From an uncultured Dehalococcoidia bacterium (GTDB lineage Bacteria > Chloroflexota > Dehalococcoidia > UBA6926), in assembly GCA_964653005.1 (NCBI GenBank), contig CAZZAN010000001.1:237898-301897 (forward strand): a stretch of DNA of 64,000 bases. Direction: 5' to 3'. The notes beneath the pieces were generated by a model. That model saw nothing but the letters and a program-made list of their open reading frames with translations. It was not told where the DNA came from and made no database searches. The position numbers and the translations under genes are program-made. Below, one piece after another: positions 37,647 to 48,705 of this stretch; position 1 is the stretch's first letter; the number at the start of each line of letters is the position of its first letter.

Positions 37647-40430
37647 CTACTCCTCGTCTTCCTCCACATCATCGTCGTCGAGGATTTCTGCGTCCCCATC
37701 ATCGTCCGCCACGATTTCAACGATATCCTCAGTCGGATCGTCGTCTATCTCGTCAGCTGAATCCGCGGTGGCCTCTGCCTCCGCGGCCTTTGCCCTGCCG
37801 TTCCTGCGGCTCTTGGCGGATGTCTTTGTCTTAGCGTTGGCTTTGGCCTTTGACTTCGCGCCGTTCTTCTTGCCGGAGCCGTTCTTTGTCTCCGGCGGGG
37901 GCAGTTGCTCCTCCGGCTCCGGGAACTGCGCTATCGCGACGACTACATCATCCTGCTCGAGGCGCATGACTTGGACACCACTGGTGTCCCGGCCTTTGGG
38001 GCGCACGTTGTCGAGTGTCGTACGGATGACAATGCCTTTTCGGGAAATGAGCATGATCTCTTCGTCACGCGTGGCGGCGGCGACGCCCACAATCAGGCCG
38101 GTGTTCTTGTGCCGGTCTTGCCGCACCTTGAACGTGGCGACGCCCATGCCGCCCCTGTTGCGGAGGGGGTAGCCGTCGGTCTGGGTTCCTTTCGGCGTTT
38201 CGACAATTTGCCCTGTGCCCATGCGAGTGCTCTTACCGTAGCCATGCGCGGACACCACGAACAGGTACTTCTCCGGGTCTGCGATTACAGCCGCGACGAC
38301 GTTGTCTTCCGTGCCACGCTTCCCAAAGCGGATGCCGCGCACGCCGCCGGACGTTGCCGATGCCGACCTGAGAGCGTTTGTCTCAAAGCGAATGGCGAGA
38401 CCTTGCTCAGTGACGAGGATGACCTGATCCTCTTCCTTCGCGAGAATCACGCTGACCAGATCATCGCCGTCCAAGAGGTTCATCGCCTTCTTGCCCGTGC
38501 TTCGCACCTTCACGAACCGCTCCAACGGAGTTCGCTTTACAATGCCCTTGCGCGTGGCAAAAACCAGGTAATCGTGTTCAGAAAGATCTGAGGCGGCCAT
38601 GACCGTCGTGACGCGCTCGTTCGGCGCGAGTGCGCTGCCCTGGAAAAGGTTGGCAACGGGGATGCCGCGCGCCGTGCGTGACGCCTCCGCCGGCAGGTCA
38701 AAGCACCTGAGTGTTGTCACGCGGCCGCGATTCGTGAAGAACAGCAGCGTGTCATGCGTGTCGCAGACCAGCAGGTGCTGAACGATGTCCTCTTCGCGCG
38801 TCGTCACGCCGGTGACGCCTCTGCCGCCCCGGTGCTGCCGTCGGTACGCAGAGGCCAGCACTCGCTTGATGTAGCCGCGCTGGCTGATGGTAACGACCAC
38901 CTCGTTGTGCGGGATCAGATCCTCGCGGCGAACCGCGCCGAGCTCGTTCTCATCAATCTCCGTCCGGCGCTCGTCGCCGTGCTTCTCCTTGAGCTCCTCG
39001 ATCTCCTCACGCACAACGCTTGTGATGCGGGTCGGGTCGGCAAGAATGGACTCCAACTCGGCGATGCGCTCGCGGAGTTCCTCAAGTTCTTCCAGGATGG
39101 CCTGGCGCTCAAGAGCGGCGAGGCGGCGCAGCTGCATATCGAGGATTGCCTGCGCCTGCCGCTGTGACAGCGTGTAGCGCTCAATCAGCGTGATACGGGC
39201 AGCGTCCGCGGACTCGGCATTGCGAATGACCTCAATCACTTCATCGAGGTTGTCCAGCGCCACACGCAGCCCCTCCAACACGTGGGCGCGATCCTGCGCG
39301 CGGCGCAATTCATAGCGCGTGCGGTTGATGACGACATCACGCCGGAAGCGGATGAAGTGGTGGATGATCTGCCGGAGCGGCAGGACCTGCGGTTCTCCGT
39401 CCACCAGCGCGAGCGCGTTGATGGAGAAGGATGTCCGCATGGCGGTGTGTTCATAGAGGTTGTTGAGCACGATGTGCGCGGCAGCGTCACGCCGTAGCTC
39501 GATAACGACTCGCAGCCCGTCACGGTCGGATTCGTCGCGAATCTCACTGATGCCGTCCAGCCGCTTGCTGCGGACGAGGTCGGCCATCTTCTCGACAAGC
39601 GCCGCCTTGTTGACCTGATAAGGAAGTTCAGTGACAACAATCTGCGAGCGTTGGTTGCGCCCCTCGATCTCCTGAATCTCCGCGCGGGCCTCGATGATGA
39701 CGCGGCCGCGGCCCGTGGCGTATGCGCTGCGCACGCCCTCCGTACCGCGGATGATGCCTTCTGTGGGAAAGTCCGGGCCTTTGATGAACTGATGCAGCTC
39801 ATCGAGCGTGGCATCGAACTCGCCGCCCTCCGGCGTCTCCCGCCAGCGGCCGATGGCGAACAGGATGGCGTCGCAAACTTCGGTCAGATTGTGGGGCGGC
39901 ATGTTTGTCGCCATGCCGACGGCGATGCCCGCCGTGCCATTGACCAGGAGGTTGGGAATGCGTGCCGGCAGAACCACCGGCTCACGCTCGGAGTCATCAA
40001 AGTTCTCCGCAAACGCGACGGTCTGCCTGTCGATGTCGGTGAGCATCTCCTCCGCGATGGAGGCCAGCCGCGCCTCCGTGTAGCGCATGGCAGCGGGGGG
40101 ATCGTTGTCGACAGAGCCGAAGTTGCCCTGGCCGTCAACAAGCGGGTAGCGCAGCGAGAACGGCTGCGCGAGGCGAACGAGGGCATCATAGACGGGCGAG
40201 TCGCCGTGCGGATGATACTTGGCGATGACATCACCCACCACACGAGCGCTCTTGCGATAGGCGGTATTGCTCCTCATCCCCTGCTCATACATGGCGTAGA
40301 GGACGCGGCGCTGGACGGGCTTGAGTCCGTCTCGCACGTCCGGCAGGGCGCGCGAGACGATGACGCTCATGGCGTAGTCCAGATACGCATCGCGCATCTG
40401 GCGTTCAAGAGCGACGGAACGTTCAACCAT
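37647..40430 (-). CDS. gyrA: DNA gyrase subunit A
   Basis: 927 aa. ...[24 protein letters not shown]... and an acidic/Lys-rich C-terminal tail. Confidence 0.95.
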   Translation of the reverse strand: MVERSVALERQMRDAYLDYAMSVIVSRALPDVRDGLKPVQRRVLYAMYEQGMRSNTAYRKSARVVGDVIAKYHPHGDSPVYDALVRLAQPFSLRYPLVDGQGNFGSVDNDPPAAMRYTEARLASIAEEMLTDIDRQTVAFAENFDDSEREPVVLPARIPNLLVNGTAGIAVGMATNMPPHNLTEVCDAILFAIGRWRETPEGGEFDATLDELHQFIKGPDFPTEGIIRGTEGVRSAYATGRGRVIIEARAEIQEIEGRNQRSQIVVTELPYQVNKAALVEKMADLVRSKRLDGISEIRDESDRDGLRVVIELRRDAAAHIVLNNLYEHTAMRTSFSINALALVDGEPQVLPLRQIIHHFIRFRRDVVINRTRYELRRAQDRAHVLEGLRVALDNLDEVIEVIRNAESADAARITLIERYTLSQRQAQAILDMQLRRLAALERQAILEELEELRERIAELESILADPTRITSVVREEIEELKEKHGDERRTEIDENELGAVRREDLIPHNEVVVTISQRGYIKRVLASAYRRQHRGGRGVTGVTTREEDIVQHLLVCDTHDTLLFFTNRGRVTTLRCFDLPAEASRTARGIPVANLFQGSALAPNERVTTVMAASDLSEHDYLVFATRKGIVKRTPLERFVKVRSTGKKAMNLLDGDDLVSVILAKEEDQVILVTEQGLAIRFETNALRSASATSGGVRGIRFGKRGTEDNVVAAVIADPEKYLFVVSAHGYGKSTRMGTGQIVETPKGTQTDGYPLRNRGGMGVATFKVRQDRHKNTGLIVGVAAATRDEEIMLISRKGIVIRTTLDNVRPKGRDTSGVQVMRLEQDDVVVAIAQFPEPEEQLPPPETKNGSGKKNGAKSKAKANAKTKTSAKSRRNGRAKAAEAEATADSADEIDDDPTEDIVEIVADDDGDAEILDDDDVEEDEE

Positions 40431-40571
40431 GAAGCATCGCCTCCATCCCGGGCCGACGGGCAGTCAGGCGCTAAGAAACGTCGGGAATCCTATTTGATTC
40501 GTACGTCCAGTCTAGCATTTTTTGACGTAAAATGCGCGTTGACGGTAGCAGAAAACCACGAGGGCACGGCT

Positions 40572-41915
40572 TTACTCGCCCGCGTAGATCTCCGTCTCCG
40601 GGTTGAATGACACCCATGCGAACCACAGTGCGTTGTCCGCCTTGACTGGCGTTAGGCGCTGCTCTACAAGTTCACCCTGATCGCCGGCTCCAAGCAATGT
40701 CCACAGGGTTCCGGTTTCCGTGTCACGGAAGAAGTCGCCTGCCGCTTCAAATTCCAGGATTCGATCACCAAGCCGTCGGCTGAACGCGGCGGCAGAGCCG
40801 GGGTCGTGCGACTCGGCAATGCTCTCTTCATCCAGGGCCGAGCGTGTGCCGGCTTTCCAGAACACAACAACCGGCTCGCCGCCAATCTCCGTATTGACGA
40901 CCTGTTCCTGCCGGAGCTGTGCAAACGGGAACGCGATGATCTCGTCGTCAATCTCCACGCCCAGAACGCGCTCTTTGGGGCTCAGGCGCTCGTCCAGTTG
41001 GCCGATGAAAAGAGACGGTGGATTATTGGGGGAATCGTAGCCGAAGTATTGCGAGCCGCCGTACACGGGCCAGAACTCGGGGCTGCCGCTCGCCGGCGAC
41101 AAGACCCTGCCATCGGGATACGTGCGAGCAAACTCCCCGAATGACGTGATATAGGCAGGAACATATTCCAGCCGGTGCCCGGCCGCTTCGCCCGTTATGG
41201 CCTGTCCGTCAGCCTGCTGCCACCACGATTCCGTGTGATCGTCCCACATAACCAGGTTGGCAATCCGCACATTCCCCGTCGTGCCGAAGTTCAGTTCGAC
41301 GTCGTCAACCACGCGGCCAAAGGCCCTCGTCGTGTAGCTCAATGGAGAATATGTGACGAGTACCGGTTGGCCGCCGATGTTGTCATTCACAACTTCGTGG
41401 AAAGTCAGGATGCCGAGCGGATAGGCGCGGGCATCCCCGTTGACTTCCACGACAGCGACGGGATGATCAAGTGTCAGCCAACTCCGCATGGCTTCATCGG
41501 TGACTGTCTCAAGTATTGAGCGGAGGTGGGGTTGATAGATAGGCTGGATGCCGTTGCGACCCGGCCCGGTGGAGAGGATCTCATCCGGGTCCACTGTCCA
41601 TCGGCGAAAGTCGGTCTCCCGCCACTGGGTGATATTCACACTGAGCGGCGGTATCTCCACATACACGTTGACACCGTCGATGACCTCGAAATGGCCGGGA
41701 GGGGGCGTATTTGTTGCGACGGCAGGCGGCAACGTGGGCTGCGGCGTCGGGCTGGTGCTGGGAATCAGGCCGCGGTCACCGGCTGCCGAGCTCTCATCGC
41801 ACCCGGCAGCCATTAGGGCAACGACTACAACCGTAATCAGTGGCACAATAGCAATGACGGGCCGCAGTCGGCTCATTACCCGAAGCCTGAAGGTATTAGT
41901 CAGTCGGTTCGTCAT
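40572..41915 (-). CDS. DUF3179 domain-containing secreted/lipoprotein (tandem DUF3179-like segments)
   Basis: 447 aa with a signal/lipobox-like N-terminus (...LMAAGCDES). HPVAVVEVNGDARAYPLGILTFHEVVNDNIGGQPVLVTYSPLS...ANLVMWDDHTESWWQQ matches the DUF3179 core. Confidence 0.6.
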   Translation of the reverse strand: MTNRLTNTFRLRVMSRLRPVIAIVPLITVVVVALMAAGCDESSAAGDRGLIPSTSPTPQPTLPPAVATNTPPPGHFEVIDGVNVYVEIPPLSVNITQWRETDFRRWTVDPDEILSTGPGRNGIQPIYQPHLRSILETVTDEAMRSWLTLDHPVAVVEVNGDARAYPLGILTFHEVVNDNIGGQPVLVTYSPLSYTTRAFGRVVDDVELNFGTTGNVRIANLVMWDDHTESWWQQADGQAITGEAAGHRLEYVPAYITSFGEFARTYPDGRVLSPASGSPEFWPVYGGSQYFGYDSPNNPPSLFIGQLDERLSPKERVLGVEIDDEIIAFPFAQLRQEQVVNTEIGGEPVVVFWKAGTRSALDEESIAESHDPGSAAAFSRRLGDRILEFEAAGDFFRDTETGTLWTLLGAGDQGELVEQRLTPVKADNALWFAWVSFNPETEIYAGE

Positions 41916-42011
41916 GTCTTGTCATTTGTGGCATCGCGCTCGGAGACGCGCTTATGCGCTTTCCAGTATGTCACGGAGGGCAGAAAAGCGAGAGGATATG
42001 AGGGTCGCATC

Positions 42012-43409
42012 GTGACATCCAATTCCCGGGGGCCTGTTCTAATCAGCGGCGGGCGGGTCATCGACCCGTGGCAGAACCTGGACGCTGCGGGAGACGTGCT
42101 GCTGCAGGATAGCCGCGTCGCATGGACACATGTCGGCGCGGACAGCACCCCCAGTATCCCCGCTGGCACACGGCGCATAAATGCTGAAGGCATGGTCGTC
42201 GCTCCCGGCTTCATCGACCTGCACTGCCATCTCCGTGAACCTGGGCAGGAGCACAAGGAGACCATTGAGAGCGGCACCCGTGCGGCGGCGCGCGGCGGAT
42301 TCACCACCGTCTGTGCAATGCCCAATACGGAGCCACCCCTCGACACACCCGAACTCCTCGAATCTGTGATGCGCAGCGCGGCGGCCACTGCGAGTGTCCG
42401 TGTCCTGCCTATTGGAACAATCACCGTTGGTCGAGCCGGTCGGGAGCTTGCGGCCCTTAGCGAACTCGCGGCGGTAGGAGCAGCGCTGTTGAGCGACGAC
42501 GGCTCAGCCGTTGCTGACGACAATCTCATGCGCGCGGCGCTGGTTGAATCCGCACGGCTCAATCTGCCGCTGAGCCAGCATTCCGAGGATCCGCAAGTTA
42601 TTGGCAACGCGGTGGCGCACGAAGGCGATGCGGCAAGGGAACTGGGACTGCCATCCGCGTCTGCCGATGCTGAGACGAACATTGTCGAACGCGATCTGAG
42701 GTTGCTGGCAGAGGCGGGAGGGCGCCTCCACGTGGCGCACGCCTCAACAGCCGGCGCGGTTGAACTGCTGCGCGACGCGCGGGATCGCGGCCTGCAGGCG
42801 ACATCAGAGGTCACGCCGCACCATCTCACGCTGACAGACCGCGCCCTGCTGGGCGAACGGGGGCCGCAGCACGGGTGGCCGAACGGCCCTGTTGGCGATA
42901 CGTCGTTGCGTGTCAATCCGCCGCTGCGCTCCGAAGACCACGTAAACGCGCTGGTGGACGCGCTGCGCGAGGGCGTGATTGACGCCATCGCGACCGATCA
43001 CGCGCCCCATTCGGCGCAAGACAAGGCCGGCGGCTTTGCTGACGCCGCGCCGGGCATCTCCGGCATCGAGACGGCATTCGGGCTGCTGATGACCGCACTC
43101 GTTCACACGGGACGGATAGACTTGCCAACCCTCATTGAACGGCTGACCCTTGGCCCCGCCGGGATAATCGGCACGGCGGCTGACGCGTTGGACTTGCGCG
43201 GTTTGACCCCGGGCGCGGCGGCTGACGTTGTCGTGCTCGATCCCGACCGCTCATGGACGGTGCGCGCGGAGGAATTTGCCTCTCTGGGCAAGAATACGCC
43301 GCTGGAGGGTTGTGAACTGCGCGGAATGGTTACTCATACATTTGTTGGCGGAGTCCAGGTCTATGCGGCGGAGGAACAGTCTGCCGTGCATGGGGCGACG
43401 CGGTCATGA
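42012..43409 (+). CDS. pyrC: Dihydroorotase
   Basis: About 465 aa from GTG 42012 with a GAGGG RBS. ...GFIDLHCHLREPG... metal-binding motif. The stop overlaps the carA start. Confidence 0.8.
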   Translation: MTSNSRGPVLISGGRVIDPWQNLDAAGDVLLQDSRVAWTHVGADSTPSIPAGTRRINAEGMVVAPGFIDLHCHLREPGQEHKETIESGTRAAARGGFTTVCAMPNTEPPLDTPELLESVMRSAAATASVRVLPIGTITVGRAGRELAALSELAAVGAALLSDDGSAVADDNLMRAALVESARLNLPLSQHSEDPQVIGNAVAHEGDAARELGLPSASADAETNIVERDLRLLAEAGGRLHVAHASTAGAVELLRDARDRGLQATSEVTPHHLTLTDRALLGERGPQHGWPNGPVGDTSLRVNPPLRSEDHVNALVDALREGVIDAIATDHAPHSAQDKAGGFADAAPGISGIETAFGLLMTALVHTGRIDLPTLIERLTLGPAGIIGTAADALDLRGLTPGAAADVVVLDPDRSWTVRAEEFASLGKNTPLEGCELRGMVTHTFVGGVQVYAAEEQSAVHGATRS

Positions 43410-44527
43410 CGCTTATCGGGAGAACCGAGGAGAGGGAGGCGTTTCTCGTCCTGGAGGACGGGAGCATCCACCGCGGCTATGGCTTTGGCGCTGTCGGCGC
43501 TGAGGCCATCGGCGAGGTTGTCTTCAATACGTCGATGGTCGGCTACCAGGAGATGCTGACCGATCCGTCCTATGGCGGGCAGATTCTCGTACCGACGTAT
43601 CCTCTGCAAGGCAATTACGGCATCAATGACCGCGACGTCGAGTCCTCGCGGATACAGGTTCGCGGTTTCGTTGTTCGCGAGGCGTGTGATTTGCCCAGCA
43701 ATCGCCTCTCGACCCGCACTCTGGACGATTTCCTGCGAGATGAAGGTGTGCCCGGCATCTATGGGGTGGACACGCGCGCGCTCACACGCAGAATCCGCAT
43801 GGCCGGCGTCATGATGGGCATCATCACCACCGAGGGGTCGCCTGAACAGGCGCTCACGCGGCTTCGGGAGGCCCCGGACTACGGCAGCCTTGATCTGGTC
43901 AGCGAGGTTATCACGGCATCTCCGTATGAATGGACGGAGGGGCCGGGCGAGCTAACGCCTGACGCTCCGCGCGTCGTCGTGATGGATGAGGGGCTGAAAT
44001 ACAACATCCTGAGGCTATTGCGGCGGCGGGGATGCGCAGTGACTGTGGTTCCCAGCTCCACCTCGTTCGACGACGTGATGGCTCTACATCCTTCGGGCGT
44101 GCTCTTGTCGCCCGGGCCGGGTGATCCGGCACTGCTGGAAGGAGTCGTGCAGACCGCAGGCGGCTTACTGGGCCGTCTGCCGGTCATGGGAATCTGCCTC
44201 GGCCACCAGGTTGTCGCTCGGGCGCTGGGCGGACAAACGTACAAGCTGAAGTTTGGGCACAGGGGCGGGAATCATCCCGTCAAGGATCTCGCCACGGACC
44301 TCGTGACGATTACGGCGCAGAATCACGGGTACGCAGTAGACGCGGACGGGCTGCCGCCGGGGCTGGATGTAAGCCACCTGAACCTGAACGACAACACGGT
44401 TGAGGGGCTGACACACCGCGAAATGCCCCTACTGACGATCCAGTATCACTCAGAGGCGTCGCCGGGGCCTCTGGATAATGAATATCTTTTTGACCGGTTC
44501 TTAGACTTGATTCGAGAATACAGGTAG
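43406..44527 (+). CDS. carA: Carbamoyl-phosphate synthase small subunit
   Basis: 373 aa. GATase ...GICLGHQ... Confidence 0.9.
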   Translation: MTLIGRTEEREAFLVLEDGSIHRGYGFGAVGAEAIGEVVFNTSMVGYQEMLTDPSYGGQILVPTYPLQGNYGINDRDVESSRIQVRGFVVREACDLPSNRLSTRTLDDFLRDEGVPGIYGVDTRALTRRIRMAGVMMGIITTEGSPEQALTRLREAPDYGSLDLVSEVITASPYEWTEGPGELTPDAPRVVVMDEGLKYNILRLLRRRGCAVTVVPSSTSFDDVMALHPSGVLLSPGPGDPALLEGVVQTAGGLLGRLPVMGICLGHQVVARALGGQTYKLKFGHRGGNHPVKDLATDLVTITAQNHGYAVDADGLPPGLDVSHLNLNDNTVEGLTHREMPLLTIQYHSEASPGPLDNEYLFDRFLDLIREYR

Positions 44528-44615
44528 GGTATAGTGTCGCGAAGCGCGGGTAAAGCGGAATTGGTTTTTGTGCCGACGTCGTGTCTCACGATGGGCGGCC
44601 AAGAAGGAGGTTTCG

Positions 44616-45221
44616 ATGGTGCTGGAAATGGAAGCGCCACTGGACCGGGGCTATACACCTACCCAACAGACGGAGCCCCAACGCCGACAGTCCCAACTGG
44701 TCGAGTACGAAATTCTCGACTCGTATTGGGTACACCAACATCAATGGATTTGGTTGTCGGGTCTGGTACTGGTCACGATTTCGATGTTCGGCATGGCCGT
44801 GTTGCCCATGGGGCTGGCAGGTCACGAGCTGCGCACCGAGATCATCAGCTTTGTATCGGTCATTTCAGTTGCGCTCACACTCATCTGGTGGGGAATGCTG
44901 CGCCACATGTTGAACGCATTAACAGTGGTGAAGCATCGCAAGCGCGAGATCGAGCGAAGTCTTGGAATGCGGATGGAGTTCTACCTTGCGGCATCACGCT
45001 CGCGCCGCAAGCGCGATCGCATTCGCGAGTTCGCCCAGCAGGAAGCGGGCGACGATCCGGAGCTTCGTGCGGACATCGCCGATTTCCTTCGATCCGTCAC
45101 CGTTCGCCAGAGCTTCGTTCCAGGCGAAGACACCGCATGGTCCATCATCCCGTTCCTGTTCATGGGCGCGTGGATCGTTTTCTGGGCCATCACGGCCGGC
45201 CCGTCCATCTTCACCTTCTAG
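44616..45221 (+). CDS. Hypothetical membrane protein (about 3 TM helices) between carA and carB
   Basis: About 201 aa from ATG 44616 with a strong AAGGAGG RBS. Hydrophobic segments are visible. No recognised family. Confidence 0.5.
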   Translation: MVLEMEAPLDRGYTPTQQTEPQRRQSQLVEYEILDSYWVHQHQWIWLSGLVLVTISMFGMAVLPMGLAGHELRTEIISFVSVISVALTLIWWGMLRHMLNALTVVKHRKREIERSLGMRMEFYLAASRSRRKRDRIREFAQQEAGDDPELRADIADFLRSVTVRQSFVPGEDTAWSIIPFLFMGAWIVFWAITAGPSIFTF

Positions 45222-45327
45222 GGCCAACCGCCAACATCGCTCACATGTCGCGCGTCCCGGCTTCATCTGCCGGGGCGCGTGAACTTGTGTCTCTGACACT
45301 CTCGGCGTCCTTGCGCGGGAGGGCACC

Positions 45328-48300
45328 ATGACGACCGCGCCGGAACGCCCGTCCCGCGTGCTCGTGCTCGGCAGCGGACCGATTGTCATCGGTCAGGCCG
45401 CCGAATTCGATTACGCAGGCACGCAGGCCTGCCGCGCTCTCCGCGAGGAGGGCGTTACGTCCATCCTCGTCAACTCCAACCCCGCCACGATCATGACCGA
45501 CCATGAGATCGCGGACGTCGTCTATATCGAACCGCTGACCGTTGAGGCAGTAACACGCGTCATCGAACGGGAGCGGCCCGATGGACTGCTGCCAACGCTC
45601 GGCGGGCAGACCGGCCTCAATCTCGCCGTTGATCTGGCAGAGGCGGGCGTGCTGGAGCAATACAATGTCCGCCTGCTCGGGACCCCGCTGGAGGCGATAC
45701 GCACGGCGGAGGACCGCAATCTCTTCCGGCAGATGCTGGATGAGATCGGCGAGCCGGTGCCGGAGAACGAGGTCGTCACCACAGTTGAAGACGCCCGCAA
45801 GGTGGCGGAACGCCTCGGCCTGCCCGTCGTGATTCGCCCCGCCTACACGCTTGGCGGCTCGGGCGGTGGAATCGCGTACACGCCGGAGCAGTTGGATGAA
45901 CAGGTTCGCACCGGTCTCTCCTACAGCCCCATCGGGCAAGTGCTCGTTGAGCGCAGCCTGATCGGCTGGAAAGAGATCGAGTACGAGGTCATGCGCGACG
46001 GTGCGGACACAACTATCACCGTCTGCAACATGGAAAACCTGGACGCGATGGGCGTCCACACCGGCGACAGCATCGTCGTCGCTCCCAGCCAGACGCTGAC
46101 GGACAAGGAGTACCAGATGCTCCGCTCCGCCAGCCTGAAGATCATCTCCGCTTTGGGGATTGAGGGTGGCTGCAACGTCCAGCTCGCGCTGGAGCCGCAT
46201 CCAACGGTGGCCGGCAAGGGGCAGAATGCGGGCTATTCGGAATCGTCCTATTACGTCATTGAAGTTAATCCGCGTGTCAGCCGCTCCTCGGCGCTGGCGT
46301 CCAAGGCAACCGGCTACCCGATTGCCCGCGTCGCCGCCAAGATCGCCGTCGGCAAGCGGCTGGACGAGATTCCCAACGCGGTCACGCAGGTCACCACCGC
46401 CGCATTTGAACCGGCGCTCGACTATTGCGTGGCCAAGATCCCGCGCTGGCCGTTCGACAAGTTCCCGTCCGGCGACCGTTCATTGGGCACGCAGATGAAG
46501 GCCACGGGCGAGGTGATGGCCATCGATCGCTCGTTTGAAGCTGCGTTGCAAAAGGCCGTGCGGTCGCTCGAGGTGGCGGGGGACAGCCTGCTGTGGGAGC
46601 ACGGCTCATGGAGCGCAGTCTCTGACCCGCTTGAGGAACTGCCGCTTCACCCGAATGACCAACGGTTGTGGGCGCTGATGGCGGCCCTGCGACGTGGCGT
46701 TTCGCTTGAGGACCTCTCCGTAAAGACCGGCGTTGATCCATGGTTCCTGTACAAGCTGAACGCCATTGTCGGCATGGAGAACAGGTTGCTGGCGGAGCCG
46801 CTGACCCCGCGCCTGCTGCGTGACGCAAAACGCATTGGATTTTCTGACACACAGATCAGCACCCTAGCTGACCGGCTCCCTGAGCAGGTTCATGAGCTGC
46901 GGCAGGAATGGGACATCCGCCCCGTCTACAAGATGGTGGACACGTGCGCGGCGGAGTTTGAGGCGGCAACGCCCTATTTCTATTCCACGTACGAAGAGGA
47001 GAACGAGGCGCTGCCGTTGGAGGGGCGGTCGGCGGTCGTCATCGGCAGCGGCCCGATCCGCATCGGGCAGGGAATCGAGTTCGACTACTGCTCCGTTCAC
47101 GCCGCCTGGGCCCTGCAGGATGAGGGCGCGGCCAGCATCATCATCAATTCCAACCCGGAAACCGTGTCCACGGACTTCGATACGTCCAACCGCCTCTATT
47201 TCGAACCGCTCGACGAGGAGGGCGTCGCCTGTGTCCTAGAGAACGAGCGCATTACGCAGGGGGAGCAGGAGTTATTCCCCAGCACTGCGGCGCAATTCGG
47301 TGGCCAGACAGCCATCAATCTGATCAGCCCACTGAGCAGGCGCGCGTTTACCATCCTGGGCACTCAACCGGCGACCGTTGATCAGGCCGAGGATCGCCAG
47401 CGATTCGACGAATTCGTCACCACGCTCGGCATCCCCCGCCCGCCTGGCGCAGGCGTTACGTCCATCGAAGAGGGGCTGGCCGTTGCCAACTCCATCGGAT
47501 ATCCGATTGTCGTCCGTCCGAGTTTCGTGCTTGGCGGGCGGGCGATGGAGATCGTCCACACGCCGGCGGAGTTCACTCGCTACGTGATGACCGCCATGGA
47601 AGAGTTGGGAGACAACCGCCCCATCCAGGTCGACAAGTTCCTCGAAGGGATGGAGGTTGAGGTGGACGCCGTCAGTGACGGTGAGGACGTGCTTATCCCG
47701 GGAATCATGGAACACATTGAGAGAGCGGGCGTCCACAGCGGAGACTCCATGGGCGTCTATCCCGCGCCATCCCTATCTGAGGATGATGAACGGCAAGTCG
47801 TCGACTACACGGTCCAGCTTGGCCGCGCGTTCGGCATCATGGGCCTCATGAACATCCAGTTCGTCGTTGTGCACAACGAGAACCAGGACGGGACGCCTGC
47901 CCCGTCCACCGTCTACGTGCTTGAGGTCAACGTCCGCTCCAGCCGGACGGTTCCGTTCATCTCCAAGGTCACCGAGGTGCCGATGGTCAATCTCGCGACG
48001 CGCGTGATCATGGGGCGCACGTTGAAGGAGATGGGATACGAGAGCGGACTGTGGCCGAAGAAGCCGCTCGTGGCCGTCAAAGCGCCCGTCTCGTCCATGG
48101 CCAAGCTGATGGGCGTGGACACCTATTTGGGGCCGGAGATGAAATCCACGGGCGAGGTCATGGGAATCGACACATCCCTCGCTCCCGCCCTGACGAAGGC
48201 TCTGCAAGCGGCGCGGCTCATGCTGCCGCAATCCGGCGGCATCCTCATCAGCGTGTCCGACCGCGAAAAGGCGGAGGTGGTGCCGATTGCGCGCCGCCTG

Positions 48301-48675
48301 GCCGCACACGGCTACGAGGTCTACGCCACGGAGGGCACCGCGACAATCCTGCGCGCCGTTGGCATTGAGGTCGCGGGCGTCCCCGCCAAGGTCAGTGAAG
48401 GCGAGGAGGGTGAGGGCACGACCACTGATCTGATCCGCGACGGCCAGGTGCACGCCGTCGTCAACACCATGTCCGGCAACCGTGTGCCGTTGAGGGACGG
48501 CTTTGAGATACGCCGGGCCGCCACGGAACAGGGCATCCCCTGCTACACGAGCCTGGACACATTCCGCGTTGCCGTTGATTCCGTGACGGGCGGCGCAGAG
48601 GCGGGTGAGTACAGCATCATGCGCCTCGATGAATATGTGAACGGCGGGCCGTCGGACGAATTTCGCTCCCGGTGA
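45328..48675 (+). CDS. carB: Carbamoyl-phosphate synthase large subunit
   Basis: 1115 aa with duplicated ATP-grasp halves. Confidence 0.95.
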   Translation: MTTAPERPSRVLVLGSGPIVIGQAAEFDYAGTQACRALREEGVTSILVNSNPATIMTDHEIADVVYIEPLTVEAVTRVIERERPDGLLPTLGGQTGLNLAVDLAEAGVLEQYNVRLLGTPLEAIRTAEDRNLFRQMLDEIGEPVPENEVVTTVEDARKVAERLGLPVVIRPAYTLGGSGGGIAYTPEQLDEQVRTGLSYSPIGQVLVERSLIGWKEIEYEVMRDGADTTITVCNMENLDAMGVHTGDSIVVAPSQTLTDKEYQMLRSASLKIISALGIEGGCNVQLALEPHPTVAGKGQNAGYSESSYYVIEVNPRVSRSSALASKATGYPIARVAAKIAVGKRLDEIPNAVTQVTTAAFEPALDYCVAKIPRWPFDKFPSGDRSLGTQMKATGEVMAIDRSFEAALQKAVRSLEVAGDSLLWEHGSWSAVSDPLEELPLHPNDQRLWALMAALRRGVSLEDLSVKTGVDPWFLYKLNAIVGMENRLLAEPLTPRLLRDAKRIGFSDTQISTLADRLPEQVHELRQEWDIRPVYKMVDTCAAEFEAATPYFYSTYEEENEALPLEGRSAVVIGSGPIRIGQGIEFDYCSVHAAWALQDEGAASIIINSNPETVSTDFDTSNRLYFEPLDEEGVACVLENERITQGEQELFPSTAAQFGGQTAINLISPLSRRAFTILGTQPATVDQAEDRQRFDEFVTTLGIPRPPGAGVTSIEEGLAVANSIGYPIVVRPSFVLGGRAMEIVHTPAEFTRYVMTAMEELGDNRPIQVDKFLEGMEVEVDAVSDGEDVLIPGIMEHIERAGVHSGDSMGVYPAPSLSEDDERQVVDYTVQLGRAFGIMGLMNIQFVVVHNENQDGTPAPSTVYVLEVNVRSSRTVPFISKVTEVPMVNLATRVIMGRTLKEMGYESGLWPKKPLVAVKAPVSSMAKLMGVDTYLGPEMKSTGEVMGIDTSLAPALTKALQAARLMLPQSGGILISVSDREKAEVVPIARRLAAHGYEVYATEGTATILRAVGIEVAGVPAKVSEGEEGEGTTTDLIRDGQVHAVVNTMSGNRVPLRDGFEIRRAATEQGIPCYTSLDTFRVAVDSVTGGAEAGEYSIMRLDEYVNGGPSDEFRSR

Positions 48676-48705
48676 CGGGCTCACCGTCGTTATCACGGAA
48701 ATCGC

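Noticed and set aside
37630-38172. 180-aa plus-strand Ser-rich ORF
   Set aside because: It is antisense to the acidic tail of gyrA and has low-complexity composition.
40431-40571. Promoter calls in the gyrA upstream region (TTGACG motifs on the plus strand)
   Set aside because: The motifs are on the wrong strand for gyrA, and no convincing -35/-10 pair with proper spacing was found on the minus strand.
41919-42011. Upstream extension of pyrC from ATG 41919
   Set aside because: The extension overlaps the convergent DUF3179 gene end and has no RBS. GTG 42012 is preceded by GAGGG and gives the usual short N-terminus before LLISGGRVID.
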